From Promethearchaeota archaeon (GTDB lineage Archaea > Asgardarchaeota > Lokiarchaeia > Sigyniarchaeales > SOKP01), in assembly GCA_048938025.1 (NCBI GenBank), contig JBHLMP010000021.1, positions 1 through 54,973 on the forward strand: DNA of 54,973 nucleotides. Direction: 5' to 3'. Numbering within the stretch: the first letter of the stretch is position 1; every line of letters starts with the position of its first letter. Shown here in pieces: positions 9,162 through 18,832 of the stretch. The position numbers and the translations under genes are program-made. The notes under the pieces were generated by a model that was given only the letters and a program-made list of their open reading frames with translations, searched no databases and had not been told where the DNA came from.

Positions 9162-10283
9162 ATGGGAAATCTTACTGTTGTTTTAGATATCGGTCAATTT
9201 TCTTCAAAAATTGGATTTGCAGGGGAAGACACACCATCTCAAGTTTTTTTAACGATAGTTGGAAAGCCAAAATATCAATCTTTAGATACTCAATATGGTT
9301 TGAAGGACTTAGAGGAAAAAGAATTATATGTGGGGGATGAGATTCAATCGATTGGCTTATATAAAATATTTCAACCTATTGAAAAGGGCATTATTGTCGA
9401 TTGGAAGCATTTTGAAAATATTATAGACTATATCTTTTATAACTTAAGAGTAGATCCTAGTCTTGTAAATTTATTATTTGCTGTGCATCCATTATTTCCA
9501 TATACAGATTTGGAAAGAATTTTTGAGCTCTTTTTGGAACGTTATCAGTGTATGGCGTTCTATCCAGTATTAGATTCAATGTTAACATTATATTCTGGAG
9601 GATTTCAAACTGGTTTAATTATCGAAATTGGTGATAGCAATACCAGAATAGTACCCATTTATCAGGGTTATAAAATAGAGCATGCTGTAAAGATTTTAGA
9701 TATTGGGGGGAGAGTACTAACTCGGTATATGGAAACAATTTTAGAATCTATTGGGTGGTCTGTAGACTCTTCTATCAGAAGAGAATTAGTCAGAGTGTTG
9801 AAGGAAAAAGCTTGTTTTGTCTCATTAGACTATAAGGAAGATTTAAATAGGAGTGAACAATATACAAAAGATTATTCTTTACCGGATGGTTCTACTATAA
9901 CGCTGAATCAGGAGCGATTTATGATTCCAGAACTTTTATTTAATCCATCTTCAGAATTAGAAGAAGAGTCATTACCACATGCAATTATGGATGTAGTAGA
10001 AGCCTGTGATTTGGATATTCGTCCTGATTTATTAAATAATATTTTTTTATCTGGGGGTTCGAGTATGTTTCCAAACCTTAAATCACGTATCTACCAAGAA
10101 TTAGAACTTGAATTGGCAAGGAGAAAGAAAAAAAATCAAGTTATTAGAATTATTGCACCAACTGAAAGAACTTATTCTGTTTGGATAGGTGGTTCAATAC
10201 TTGCTATGATCCCTGAATTTTCAGAAACTTGGATAACACGTGCTAAGTATTTTAATGAGGGGATCCCACCAAATCTTTTATAA
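9162..10283 (+). CDS. Actin-family protein (divergent Asgard actin-related protein)
   Basis: Colinear with actin: VVLDIG..SKIGFAGEDTP, IVGKPK, PIEKGIIVDW, IEIGDS..IVPIYQGY, LDIGGRVLT, KEKACFVSLDY, YSLPDG, ERFMIPELLFNPS, LSGGSSMFP, APTERTYSVWIGGSILA. Confidence 0.95.
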   Translation: MGNLTVVLDIGQFSSKIGFAGEDTPSQVFLTIVGKPKYQSLDTQYGLKDLEEKELYVGDEIQSIGLYKIFQPIEKGIIVDWKHFENIIDYIFYNLRVDPSLVNLLFAVHPLFPYTDLERIFELFLERYQCMAFYPVLDSMLTLYSGGFQTGLIIEIGDSNTRIVPIYQGYKIEHAVKILDIGGRVLTRYMETILESIGWSVDSSIRRELVRVLKEKACFVSLDYKEDLNRSEQYTKDYSLPDGSTITLNQERFMIPELLFNPSSELEEESLPHAIMDVVEACDLDIRPDLLNNIFLSGGSSMFPNLKSRIYQELELELARRKKKNQVIRIIAPTERTYSVWIGGSILAMIPEFSETWITRAKYFNEGIPPNLL

Positions 10284-10370
10284 ATGTGTTATAGTGATAA
10301 TATATTTTATTAAATAACTGAATATGCTATTCATTCTTAATATTACAACTCGTTTTATAGGTATTTAAAA

Positions 10371-10709
10371 ATGGAAGATCTTAAAGAAGATGAGTTTTAT
10401 AAACCAGATTATTCAAATTTATTCAATAAAATTAAGGATATAAAGACTCCTGTGAAAAATGAGATATTGATAGCTTTGCTTGATGGTCAGTGGCATTCCG
10501 AACTTGATTTAATAAGGATTACTAAGAAAAATCAAAATTATATGGGCGCAGTTGTACTAGGTACTATGATAAATGCTTTGAATCACTACATTAAAAATAA
10601 TTATTTAGAAAGAAGAGTGATAAATGGTAAAATGTACTATAAAATTTCAGATAATTATGTAGGACTAACTAGAGCAGCATTTAGACTTAATACAAAAAGT
10701 TTGCTTTGA
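10371..10709 (+). CDS. Small winged-helix protein
   Basis: KNEILIALLDGQWHSELDL...YLERRVINGKMYYKIS fits a helix-turn-helix plus beta wing. Confidence 0.6.
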   Translation: MEDLKEDEFYKPDYSNLFNKIKDIKTPVKNEILIALLDGQWHSELDLIRITKKNQNYMGAVVLGTMINALNHYIKNNYLERRVINGKMYYKISDNYVGLTRAAFRLNTKSLL

Positions 10710-10741
10710 AAAAGGAAAAAAATTTTGAAAGATTAATCATT

Positions 10742-12913
10742 CTATTTTTTAACACATCGATTATTCAAAATCATATACTCTTCACATTTGGAACAGAACA
10801 TATTCCCTGAATTCTCTTTAAGACTTTTATTCCAACAATAAGGACAAAAATAATAACTCAATTGTTTATTATTTCTTCGATAATAAACTCTAAAAACATT
10901 AAATCCACATTTGAGACATTTTGAGTCTAAAATGGTTATCTTACCCCTTTGTGGTAAAGATAAATAACTCTTACAATTATCATCAGAACAGACAAGGAAT
11001 CTCTTTTTTTTAATCGTAGTTATTAATTTCATTGGAGATCTATTACAATAAGGACACATTGAAAATGTTAAGGGTACTGAAACACTTTTCTGCAAAGAAG
11101 TTCCATCTTTAATTTTATAATTATTAATACGCTTAAAAATTTCATTTTTCTTTGAAATGAATAAATCAAATAACTCTAAAAATTTCTTTTTAACATTATT
11201 AACTACATCCTCCATTTTTTTTCTATTTTCTTTAATTTCATCTAGTTGAACTTCCACATCTTTAGTAAAATTTGGTTCTAAAAAGGGTAACCAAATTTCT
11301 TTTAAGCATTCAATTAAAAAAGTACCTAATTCTGTAATTATGTATTTACCTTTATTACGATAAATTAAACTACGTTTTTGTAATAATTGAATAATAGTAG
11401 GACGTGTCGATTTTGTACCTAAATGATTCTTTTCCATTAACTTTAAAAGCGAAGTATCTGTGTATCTTGCTGGTGGTTTTGTTTCTTTTTCATTCAAAAA
11501 GATTTCATCCACTGGAATTTTATTTCCAACGATTTTTATAAATATATCATAATTTTTTTTAAGGAAGGGAGCTATTGCTAAATATCCCTCAGATATTAGA
11601 GCAAGAATCCTTGATTTAAATGGTTCATCTTTTATAGATAGTTCTAAAATTGTTTTTGATTCAATAGCATCAGATCCAAAGAGTGCTAAATAATGTCGAG
11701 CTAATATATCATATACTCTTTTTTGAATATTGGTTTTGAACCGAGAATCATTTAATTCCACGCTTTCTAAAGGTGTTATTGGAGGATGATCTCCAGCATC
11801 TTTTTTTCCTTTTGTTGGTTTGACTCTATTATTTTTCAGTAGATTTTGGGTATAATTCCAATATTGAGAATGAGTTATGAATTTCTTTAGATACTGAAGG
11901 TGATCAAAATTTGGTTTGTATATATCACTGTCAGTTCTTGGATATGATATTATTTTATTAAGATATAAAGAATTCATTGTCTTTAAGGCTAGATTTGCAT
12001 TAATCTTTAAAACTCTTGTAAGTAAAATAAGAGCTTTTGAAGTATTAAGGGGTGTGGGTGGAGGATTTTTAATTAAATTTGTTGTATTGTTAATTACGTT
12101 AGCAAATTTTTCATCCTTAATTTTATTGAATATAATCTTCACTAAAGCTTTAGCTGCTTTTTGAAATGGATTTTTTTGATGGTATGCTTTAAATTTTCCA
12201 TCTTTATGATTTAAATTAGCTTCAATCGTGAAATAAGGTTCTGGTACAAAATTTTTAATACATTCTTCTAATAGATAGATTAAGTATAATAATGAGGTCT
12301 GAACTCTACCAATTGATATAAATTTAGCATTAAATTTATCCAAAAGAGGTCTAAAAGTATTAGTAGCTTCTTTTGTTGCAGAAAAGCCTATTACAGCATC
12401 TATAATTGCCCTTGCCTCACCTATTTTTGCCCAATTATACTTTGGTGGAATTGTTTGATTAAATTTTTTTATAATTTCATCTTTTTGTAGTGAACTAAGC
12501 CACATTTGTGACAATCTGATATTTGGATTCTCTTGAATAACAAAAGGTAATGCATCTATAAGCCCAATATTGCATCCTTCAATATCTGCATCTGTTCCAA
12601 TTATACAGTAATTACAAATTTTTGCATACTCTTTTAATGCTTTTATATAAGCTCCTATATAATTGATCGGTACCTTCCTAATTGATTTTGGATTAGTGAT
12701 AATATCGCGAGGATTAATATTAGTCCACCCTTTGAACGCATCTGTGTTTCTATATTCAAGTAGATGCCCTCTTAGTGGTAACACATAAATATTTCTTGAT
12801 GGTACATAACAAATGCTTAAACTTTTTGTTTTTTTTATTAATTTAACTGGTCCAAGGGCTTCTGCTATAGCTTCTGCGGCTTTTTTTTTCTCAGCTATTA
12901 TTAGAATTGCCAT
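10742..12913 (-). CDS. topA: Type IA DNA topoisomerase (archaeal TopA/Top3-like) with C-terminal zinc ribbons
   Basis: TOPRIM IIAEK and GTDADIEG, SIGRVQT, catalytic ISYPRTDS, DHPPITP, GTKSTR, several C-terminal CxxC pairs. Confidence 0.93.
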   Translation of the reverse strand: MAILIIAEKKKAAEAIAEALGPVKLIKKTKSLSICYVPSRNIYVLPLRGHLLEYRNTDAFKGWTNINPRDIITNPKSIRKVPINYIGAYIKALKEYAKICNYCIIGTDADIEGCNIGLIDALPFVIQENPNIRLSQMWLSSLQKDEIIKKFNQTIPPKYNWAKIGEARAIIDAVIGFSATKEATNTFRPLLDKFNAKFISIGRVQTSLLYLIYLLEECIKNFVPEPYFTIEANLNHKDGKFKAYHQKNPFQKAAKALVKIIFNKIKDEKFANVINNTTNLIKNPPPTPLNTSKALILLTRVLKINANLALKTMNSLYLNKIISYPRTDSDIYKPNFDHLQYLKKFITHSQYWNYTQNLLKNNRVKPTKGKKDAGDHPPITPLESVELNDSRFKTNIQKRVYDILARHYLALFGSDAIESKTILELSIKDEPFKSRILALISEGYLAIAPFLKKNYDIFIKIVGNKIPVDEIFLNEKETKPPARYTDTSLLKLMEKNHLGTKSTRPTIIQLLQKRSLIYRNKGKYIITELGTFLIECLKEIWLPFLEPNFTKDVEVQLDEIKENRKKMEDVVNNVKKKFLELFDLFISKKNEIFKRINNYKIKDGTSLQKSVSVPLTFSMCPYCNRSPMKLITTIKKKRFLVCSDDNCKSYLSLPQRGKITILDSKCLKCGFNVFRVYYRRNNKQLSYYFCPYCWNKSLKENSGNMFCSKCEEYMILNNRCVKK

Positions 12914-13045
12914 TTCAGTTACGTTATTAAAAAAAATATTCCTTTCTAATTTATTTATCCAATATTCAATAAAAAAAATATAACTGAATAATGGATTATT
13001 AATAACTATTTAAAAAGAAAAATTTTCATTTCTTTGAATATCAAA

Positions 13046-16000
13046 TTATGAAGGAAGAAAGAATGAAAATGTTGTACCTTTATTTAATCCTTCGGATTTA
13101 GCCCAAATTTCGCCACCATGGGCTTCAACTATTCCTTTGGAGATATATAGACCAAGTCCTGTTCCTGAATCTTTGATACCAACATTTTTGGCCCCAATTG
13201 GATGGTTTATCCTTTCAAACTTTTTAAATAATCTGCCTATTTCATCTTTAGTTAGACCAATTCCATTGTCTTTAATTTCAAAAAAGTACTTCTCATTAAC
13301 TTTTTTAGCCGAAATTTCAATCCAACCATAGTCAGGTGTAAATTTAATAGCATTTGAAATTAAATTAGTGAAAACAAGAAAAATACGTGTGGGATCTATA
13401 TTTAAAGTTATCTCATAATCAATATTAAGGATGATCTCAAGATTTTTTTCATTAATCAGATAACTTAATTCGTCCAAGCAATTGCTGATTATTTTACTTA
13501 CATTTATTTTTTCAATTTGTAATTGTAATCTACCTTCATCAATCCTCATAACCTCCAATAGCTGATCCATTAAAATTTCTAGGCGTTTAATGTTTCTCTG
13601 GACGGTTTTCAAATCTTCAAAAATTTCCGGAATTAAGGCGTTTTTATGCTTGAAAAGAATATAATCAGTAAAACCTGAAATAGAGATTAATGGAGTTTTT
13701 AGCTCATGAGCTGCCATAGTAATAAAATCATTTTTAATTTGATCTAGTTTTCTTAACTCAATGTTTTGTTCTCTTAATTTCCTTTCAGATTCAATTAATT
13801 TTTGTTCTATTTTCTTTCTTTCAGTGATATCACGTATTATGGTGATTACTTGGGCTACTTTCCCTTGTACAAAAATGGGGAATTTTCGAGTTTCTGTAAT
13901 TACATCAATCTCTGGTAAAATAGTAGTTTCTGTAGTGATAAGAGATAAACCAGTGTCAAATACTTGTCGATATTCTTCATAAATGTTGTCTTGTAAAAAT
14001 GGAAAAACTTCCGAAATCTTGGCACCAATAATCTCTGTTTTAATATTGAGCTCTCTGAGCCATTTTTTAAGTGCCTGATTCATTAGAATAATTCTCAAAT
14101 CTCTATCAACAACATGCAGCGAATCACCTAGCGAATCAATAGTAGTATGATATTGTTGCTCTGACTTTCTCAATTCAAGAGTCCTTTCTAATATTTTTTG
14201 CTCTAAGAGTCTATTTAATATTTGTAACTCTTTTTGAGATTTTTTCAATTTTTGTTCAGCAATTTTTTTTTCAGTTGTATCTTGAATTATTACCTGCAAT
14301 AGTGTGTCATTACCTACTTTTACTATAGTAGTCTGGAGATCTAGCCAAAATTTTTTTCCGTCGACTCTAGTTATCTGAAATTCAAATGAACTTAGATTAT
14401 CTCCCTTAATAAATTTTGCCAATCGCTCCTTTAATATATTTATAAGAAATTCAGGTCTTTTAATTATTGATAATACTTCAGAAAACTTTTTTCCTATTAG
14501 ATCTTTTCTCTCATAAGCAGAAAGTAAATTATTCATTGTAGAATTACAATCTAGAATTGTTCCATCTAATTCCATCAACCAAATGGCATATGGAGAGCTT
14601 TCAAACAAATGACGATATCTTTCTTCTGATTCTTTTAATTTTTGTTCTGCTATCTTTTTGTCAGTGACATCTCTTAATAGGGTAATAAAGCCAATCACTT
14701 TCCCATCATCATTATAGTAATTTTTAGACGAACTTGATAACCAAATATAATGCCCATCTTGATGCTTCGCACGAAATTCAACTTCTTCAGTCATCAGTAT
14801 ACTCTCTTGACTAATTGCCTTTGAAAATAATTCTGTTAAATGTTGAATTTCATCAGGATGAATATTTTGGAATAATTTAGTTTTTAGATTAATTTCACTA
14901 CCAAGCATCTCAGAAAATTGAGGAGAAACATATAGAAATTTACCATCTAGTCCAGTAATCACTATTACATCTTTTGTATTTTCAATGATATTTCGATATT
15001 TTTTTTCAGATTTTTTTATTTCTTGCTCTAACTGGAATTTTTCCGTAATATTTCGTGCTAAACCGCTAAAACCTATCTTATTTCGATTTGAATCATATCT
15101 TAAATATATTGAGGATTCACATATCACTCCTTCTCCATTTCTTTTCAGAAATTGAAATTGAAAATCACTTTCAGGAATTTCAGTTTTATAAACATTTTTA
15201 TATACTTGGAAAATTTTATTCCTATTTTCTTCATCTACTAAATTCTTAAAATTTAATCCTAATAATTCATTCCTAGGGATTCCTTGAAGATCACATAAAG
15301 CATCATTAAAAAAAGTAAAATTTCCTTTTAAATCAACTTCAAAATAGCTTTCTTTAATGTTTTCAAGAATATTTCGATATTTTTCTTCAGACTCTCTTAA
15401 TTTTTGTTCTGCTACTCTTCGAATTGTGATATCTCTATAAGTGGAAAGAATTCCTACAACCTCTCCGTCTAAATTGTGGAGTGGAATTCTATTTACTTCA
15501 AACCAAATTTTGTTACCATTATGTAAAACTAAAAATTCTATAGTGTGGTATTCAGCTTTATTATTTACCATTACTCTTCTTTCGTTCTCTTGAATTTTTG
15601 TAAGATCTTCCTTAACCCAGAGTAAATCATCATCTTTTTCGCCGATTATATTTATTGGGTTTTTAATTCCAGTTAAAACAGCAAAATTTTGATTACATCC
15701 TAAATAATTCAAATTTGTATCCTTCCAATAGATTAATTGTGGGATATTATCAATCACTAACTCTAGCATTTCTCTAGTTTTTTGATATGCTGCAATGCCT
15801 TTCTTAGATTGAAGAAATTTCCAATATCTAATTTCAGGTAAGGTTTCTGTTAATTCGTTGAATCTTGCTTGACGAACCTTTATTTCTTGTACCATTTTTT
15901 TAAACTTTGTTATTTCTCTAGAGAATAAAATAACTTTATTTTCTTTAGATGTATCCACAAATCGTTTACTTTTTATCTCGTACCAATTGAAAATTCTATC

Positions 16001-16261
16001 TCCATATTTAATTCTAATCTCGGCAATTCCATATCCTAATTTAAATGTTCTTTCCAACAAGTCAATCATTGGAACGGTATCATGTGGATGGATAAAATGA
16101 TGTAATTGTTTATTTTCAGTTGAAACATGTAATTCTTCCAAATCTATGTTTGTATTCGTATACTCACATTTGAAGTTCATATCATATATAAAAATCAGAT
16201 CCTCAATATTCTCAGATATTATTTGGCCAATATTATAAGTGGTTTTAGATGAACTTGACAT
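13046..16261 (-). CDS. Cytoplasmic multi-PAS sensor histidine kinase
   Basis: About six PAS/PAC units ending RDITxRK..E..L.ESEE.YR; H-box AAHELKTPL, N-box NLISNAIKFT, G boxes DNGIG and GTGLGLYIS; no TM segment. Confidence 0.93.
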   Translation of the reverse strand: MSSSSKTTYNIGQIISENIEDLIFIYDMNFKCEYTNTNIDLEELHVSTENKQLHHFIHPHDTVPMIDLLERTFKLGYGIAEIRIKYGDRIFNWYEIKSKRFVDTSKENKVILFSREITKFKKMVQEIKVRQARFNELTETLPEIRYWKFLQSKKGIAAYQKTREMLELVIDNIPQLIYWKDTNLNYLGCNQNFAVLTGIKNPINIIGEKDDDLLWVKEDLTKIQENERRVMVNNKAEYHTIEFLVLHNGNKIWFEVNRIPLHNLDGEVVGILSTYRDITIRRVAEQKLRESEEKYRNILENIKESYFEVDLKGNFTFFNDALCDLQGIPRNELLGLNFKNLVDEENRNKIFQVYKNVYKTEIPESDFQFQFLKRNGEGVICESSIYLRYDSNRNKIGFSGLARNITEKFQLEQEIKKSEKKYRNIIENTKDVIVITGLDGKFLYVSPQFSEMLGSEINLKTKLFQNIHPDEIQHLTELFSKAISQESILMTEEVEFRAKHQDGHYIWLSSSSKNYYNDDGKVIGFITLLRDVTDKKIAEQKLKESEERYRHLFESSPYAIWLMELDGTILDCNSTMNNLLSAYERKDLIGKKFSEVLSIIKRPEFLINILKERLAKFIKGDNLSSFEFQITRVDGKKFWLDLQTTIVKVGNDTLLQVIIQDTTEKKIAEQKLKKSQKELQILNRLLEQKILERTLELRKSEQQYHTTIDSLGDSLHVVDRDLRIILMNQALKKWLRELNIKTEIIGAKISEVFPFLQDNIYEEYRQVFDTGLSLITTETTILPEIDVITETRKFPIFVQGKVAQVITIIRDITERKKIEQKLIESERKLREQNIELRKLDQIKNDFITMAAHELKTPLISISGFTDYILFKHKNALIPEIFEDLKTVQRNIKRLEILMDQLLEVMRIDEGRLQLQIEKINVSKIISNCLDELSYLINEKNLEIILNIDYEITLNIDPTRIFLVFTNLISNAIKFTPDYGWIEISAKKVNEKYFFEIKDNGIGLTKDEIGRLFKKFERINHPIGAKNVGIKDSGTGLGLYISKGIVEAHGGEIWAKSEGLNKGTTFSFFLPS

Positions 16262-16409
16262 TTTTAAAGCTACCTAATATTATTTATTTAAAAATTGGGA
16301 TAAATAATGATAATTTTATAGTATTATACTATAATAAATATTAAAGCAAACATGAATTTATTTCTTAAATAAAAATAAATAAAATAACTTATCTTTATGT
16401 TATATATAA

Positions 16410-17036
16410 ATGCCTTTTATAGAACCTAATTTTGAAATAGATGATAAAGGAAGGGTTATTTGCCAACAACACCCAAATTATCCGTTTTTCATAATGCCAA
16501 ATAAAAGTTATTTTGAAGAGAGAAAATTAGAACTTTTATTAACATGTAAAACCTGTTCTCATTATCAAAATAATGATTGCTATTTTTCAAAATCTAGAAT
16601 TAATAATATTGAGCAGAAGAGACTAAAAAAATCAGATTATTTATGCAAATTGTGTGGAAATCGCATTGATAGAATGTTTACTATTATTCATAAAATATAT
16701 TTTAAAGAAAGGTATAATATTGATATGCCATTAATCTGTTGTAATTGCTATGAAAGTTTAAAAAGAAATGAGTTTGTTTCAAGTTCTAAATGGAAAATTT
16801 ATCTTATTTTAACTAGTCTATTTTCTACAGTCTTTTTTCTTATTTATTTTTTAACATTTGGGTTAATTTTTGGCTCATCTCTAAGCTCGTCTTTTACTTT
16901 TTTGCTAATAGGGATTATATTATGGGCAATTATTGTATTTAGAGATCTAAGGAAATTGAAACAGATAATCTCAGGAAGAAAATTTTATAAAAAAAATTTT
17001 ATAAATAAAGAATCTATTAGTGGGGACAAAAGATAA
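16410..17036 (+). CDS. Cys-rich (putative zinc-binding) protein with two C-terminal TM helices
   Basis: CQQH, CKTCSHY..C, CKLCG, CCNCY followed by two hydrophobic segments. Confidence 0.7.
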   Translation: MPFIEPNFEIDDKGRVICQQHPNYPFFIMPNKSYFEERKLELLLTCKTCSHYQNNDCYFSKSRINNIEQKRLKKSDYLCKLCGNRIDRMFTIIHKIYFKERYNIDMPLICCNCYESLKRNEFVSSSKWKIYLILTSLFSTVFFLIYFLTFGLIFGSSLSSSFTFLLIGIILWAIIVFRDLRKLKQIISGRKFYKKNFINKESISGDKR

Positions 17037-17039
17037 AAG

Positions 17040-18143
17040 TTATCCTAAAGAACCTGCCCTTCCTCTCACACTTTTTCGCATTTGCTCTTGCCTTGTAACT
17101 ATTTTACTAAATTCATCTTTTGATTTATTAGTTAAATTAACAATTTCAGGTACAAAATTGTTTTTAATAAAATATTTTTTACATTCTTCTGAGATTAATC
17201 CATTAGAGATATTCACAGGATTCTTTTTAAAATAATTAAAATTAGACTCCCATTCATCTAAAAAGATATCTAAATTTTTCCTTAATTGAAAAATAGGTAA
17301 AACACCCATACTATTTGGAGTATTAATTGCTATATTTGCATATTTGGCAGAAAATCTATTTCCATTGAACGAAATTGCTATACCACCTTCATCATTTATT
17401 CTCTGGAGCATATTAATATCTGTTATTGAATCACCTAATGCAATCATTTTAGAAATAGGTGTACCGGTTCTTTTTGAAATTTCTTCCACAGCTAATTCCT
17501 TCCTTTTTCCCCCTCTAACTTTTACTTGATTCATGACCTTAATATAATCTGAATTTTTATTTTTCCAAAAGAAATCATTTAAATCTTCTATAACACTATT
17601 AAGATCCTTATTATTATCTATATAATTTTGATAAATTTCTCTTACTAAAACATTTACTTCATGATTTATGTTTGATAGCCCTTCCTTTAAGTCATAAATG
17701 TTTAGTTCAGTACAATAAACATGGTCCCTCGGTATTTGTAATGCTGATGAAACATTATGAGCAAATTGAGCATAGCTAGTAGAAATAACAAAAATCTCCC
17801 ATTTCTTTTGAAGAATTTGCATTATTTCTTGGCATCCAGGTAATAATCCTAGATTCTGTATTGCTAAATCAATTAAATCTTTTTTAGAAAAACAAGCAAC
17901 GTAGATAGGTGCCATTAGACGTAAAGTATCGCCTGGTTGATAATCAGGTATTTTTAGCTTTTTCTTAACTCCAGGGACATCTATTATATAATCATCATAA
18001 GTAGAAATCATGGAGAAGAATTCTCCCATATCATAATTATGAAAATAGAGATCTTTTTTTTTATTTAATAATTGCCCCATTTCGAAAGCAAAATCTAAAA
18101 CACTAATTGGTCCCTCCAGATCCCAGCAGCAAACATTATGCAT
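17040..18143 (-). CDS. HAD-superfamily protein (EhaR-like family)
   Basis: WDLEGPIS motif I, YQPGDTL, VISTSY, GGKRK, ALGDSITDINML, ISFNGN. Confidence 0.75.
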   Translation of the reverse strand: MHNVCCWDLEGPISVLDFAFEMGQLLNKKKDLYFHNYDMGEFFSMISTYDDYIIDVPGVKKKLKIPDYQPGDTLRLMAPIYVACFSKKDLIDLAIQNLGLLPGCQEIMQILQKKWEIFVISTSYAQFAHNVSSALQIPRDHVYCTELNIYDLKEGLSNINHEVNVLVREIYQNYIDNNKDLNSVIEDLNDFFWKNKNSDYIKVMNQVKVRGGKRKELAVEEISKRTGTPISKMIALGDSITDINMLQRINDEGGIAISFNGNRFSAKYANIAINTPNSMGVLPIFQLRKNLDIFLDEWESNFNYFKKNPVNISNGLISEECKKYFIKNNFVPEIVNLTNKSKDEFSKIVTRQEQMRKSVRGRAGSLG

Positions 18144-18274
18144 TTTTTATCCTTTTCTAATATTTTTTACATTACTTTAAATAAAAAGAATTTAAATTTC
18201 TTAAAAAACCTCTTATTACGAGCTTGTTATAAATACTGAGTAAAATCTATTAATAGTGACACAAATCTTCATGA

Positions 18275-18760
18275 TCAAAGTTTTTCTTTGAATATTTCCT
18301 CAATAGATTTCTCCATCTTTGCTTTTTTAATTATTTCACGCCAATTGGGTTCTATTGCATCAAAACTACCCTCAGCAAGTTTCCTTAATTCTACATCTGG
18401 AGAATTTAGAAAAGATCCAATATAAGTTAAAGCTCTTTTATCTTTAAGCCTTGTTAGGCTTTCTAAGATACAAATAATCCTAAATTTATCTATTTCTTTT
18501 TTTTTTAATTCTTCTTTTAAAATATCAATTATGCTTAAAGTAACTTTTGCATCTCCTATTCTTCCCATTGCTTCGATTATCCTATTAATTACCATATATT
18601 CTTTTTCTGATTTAATAGCCCTCCATAGTAAATTTGATGCGCGAGGATCCTTTAAAAGCCCTAACTTTCTGGCGGCTTCAGCTCTTTTTTGCCAGTCATC
18701 ACTATTAAATAATAGACGAATTAGTTCATTGAAATTAGCATTTTTAGAATAAGCGGACAT
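18275..18760 (-). CDS. HEAT/PBS-lyase repeat protein
   Basis: DDWQKRAEAARKLGLLKDPRA, IIEAMGRIGDAK, ILESLTRLKDKRA. Confidence 0.85.
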   Translation of the reverse strand: MSAYSKNANFNELIRLLFNSDDWQKRAEAARKLGLLKDPRASNLLWRAIKSEKEYMVINRIIEAMGRIGDAKVTLSIIDILKEELKKKEIDKFRIICILESLTRLKDKRALTYIGSFLNSPDVELRKLAEGSFDAIEPNWREIIKKAKMEKSIEEIFKEKL

Positions 18761-18832
18761 ATTTCAAGTTAAAATAAAATTGGATATTATTATAATGTGT
18801 TGATTATAAAATATTAAAAATTTCTCATTGGT

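Noticed and set aside
17040-18143. Energy-converting hydrogenase operon
   Set aside because: Only the EhaR-like HAD protein is present, with no hydrogenase subunits
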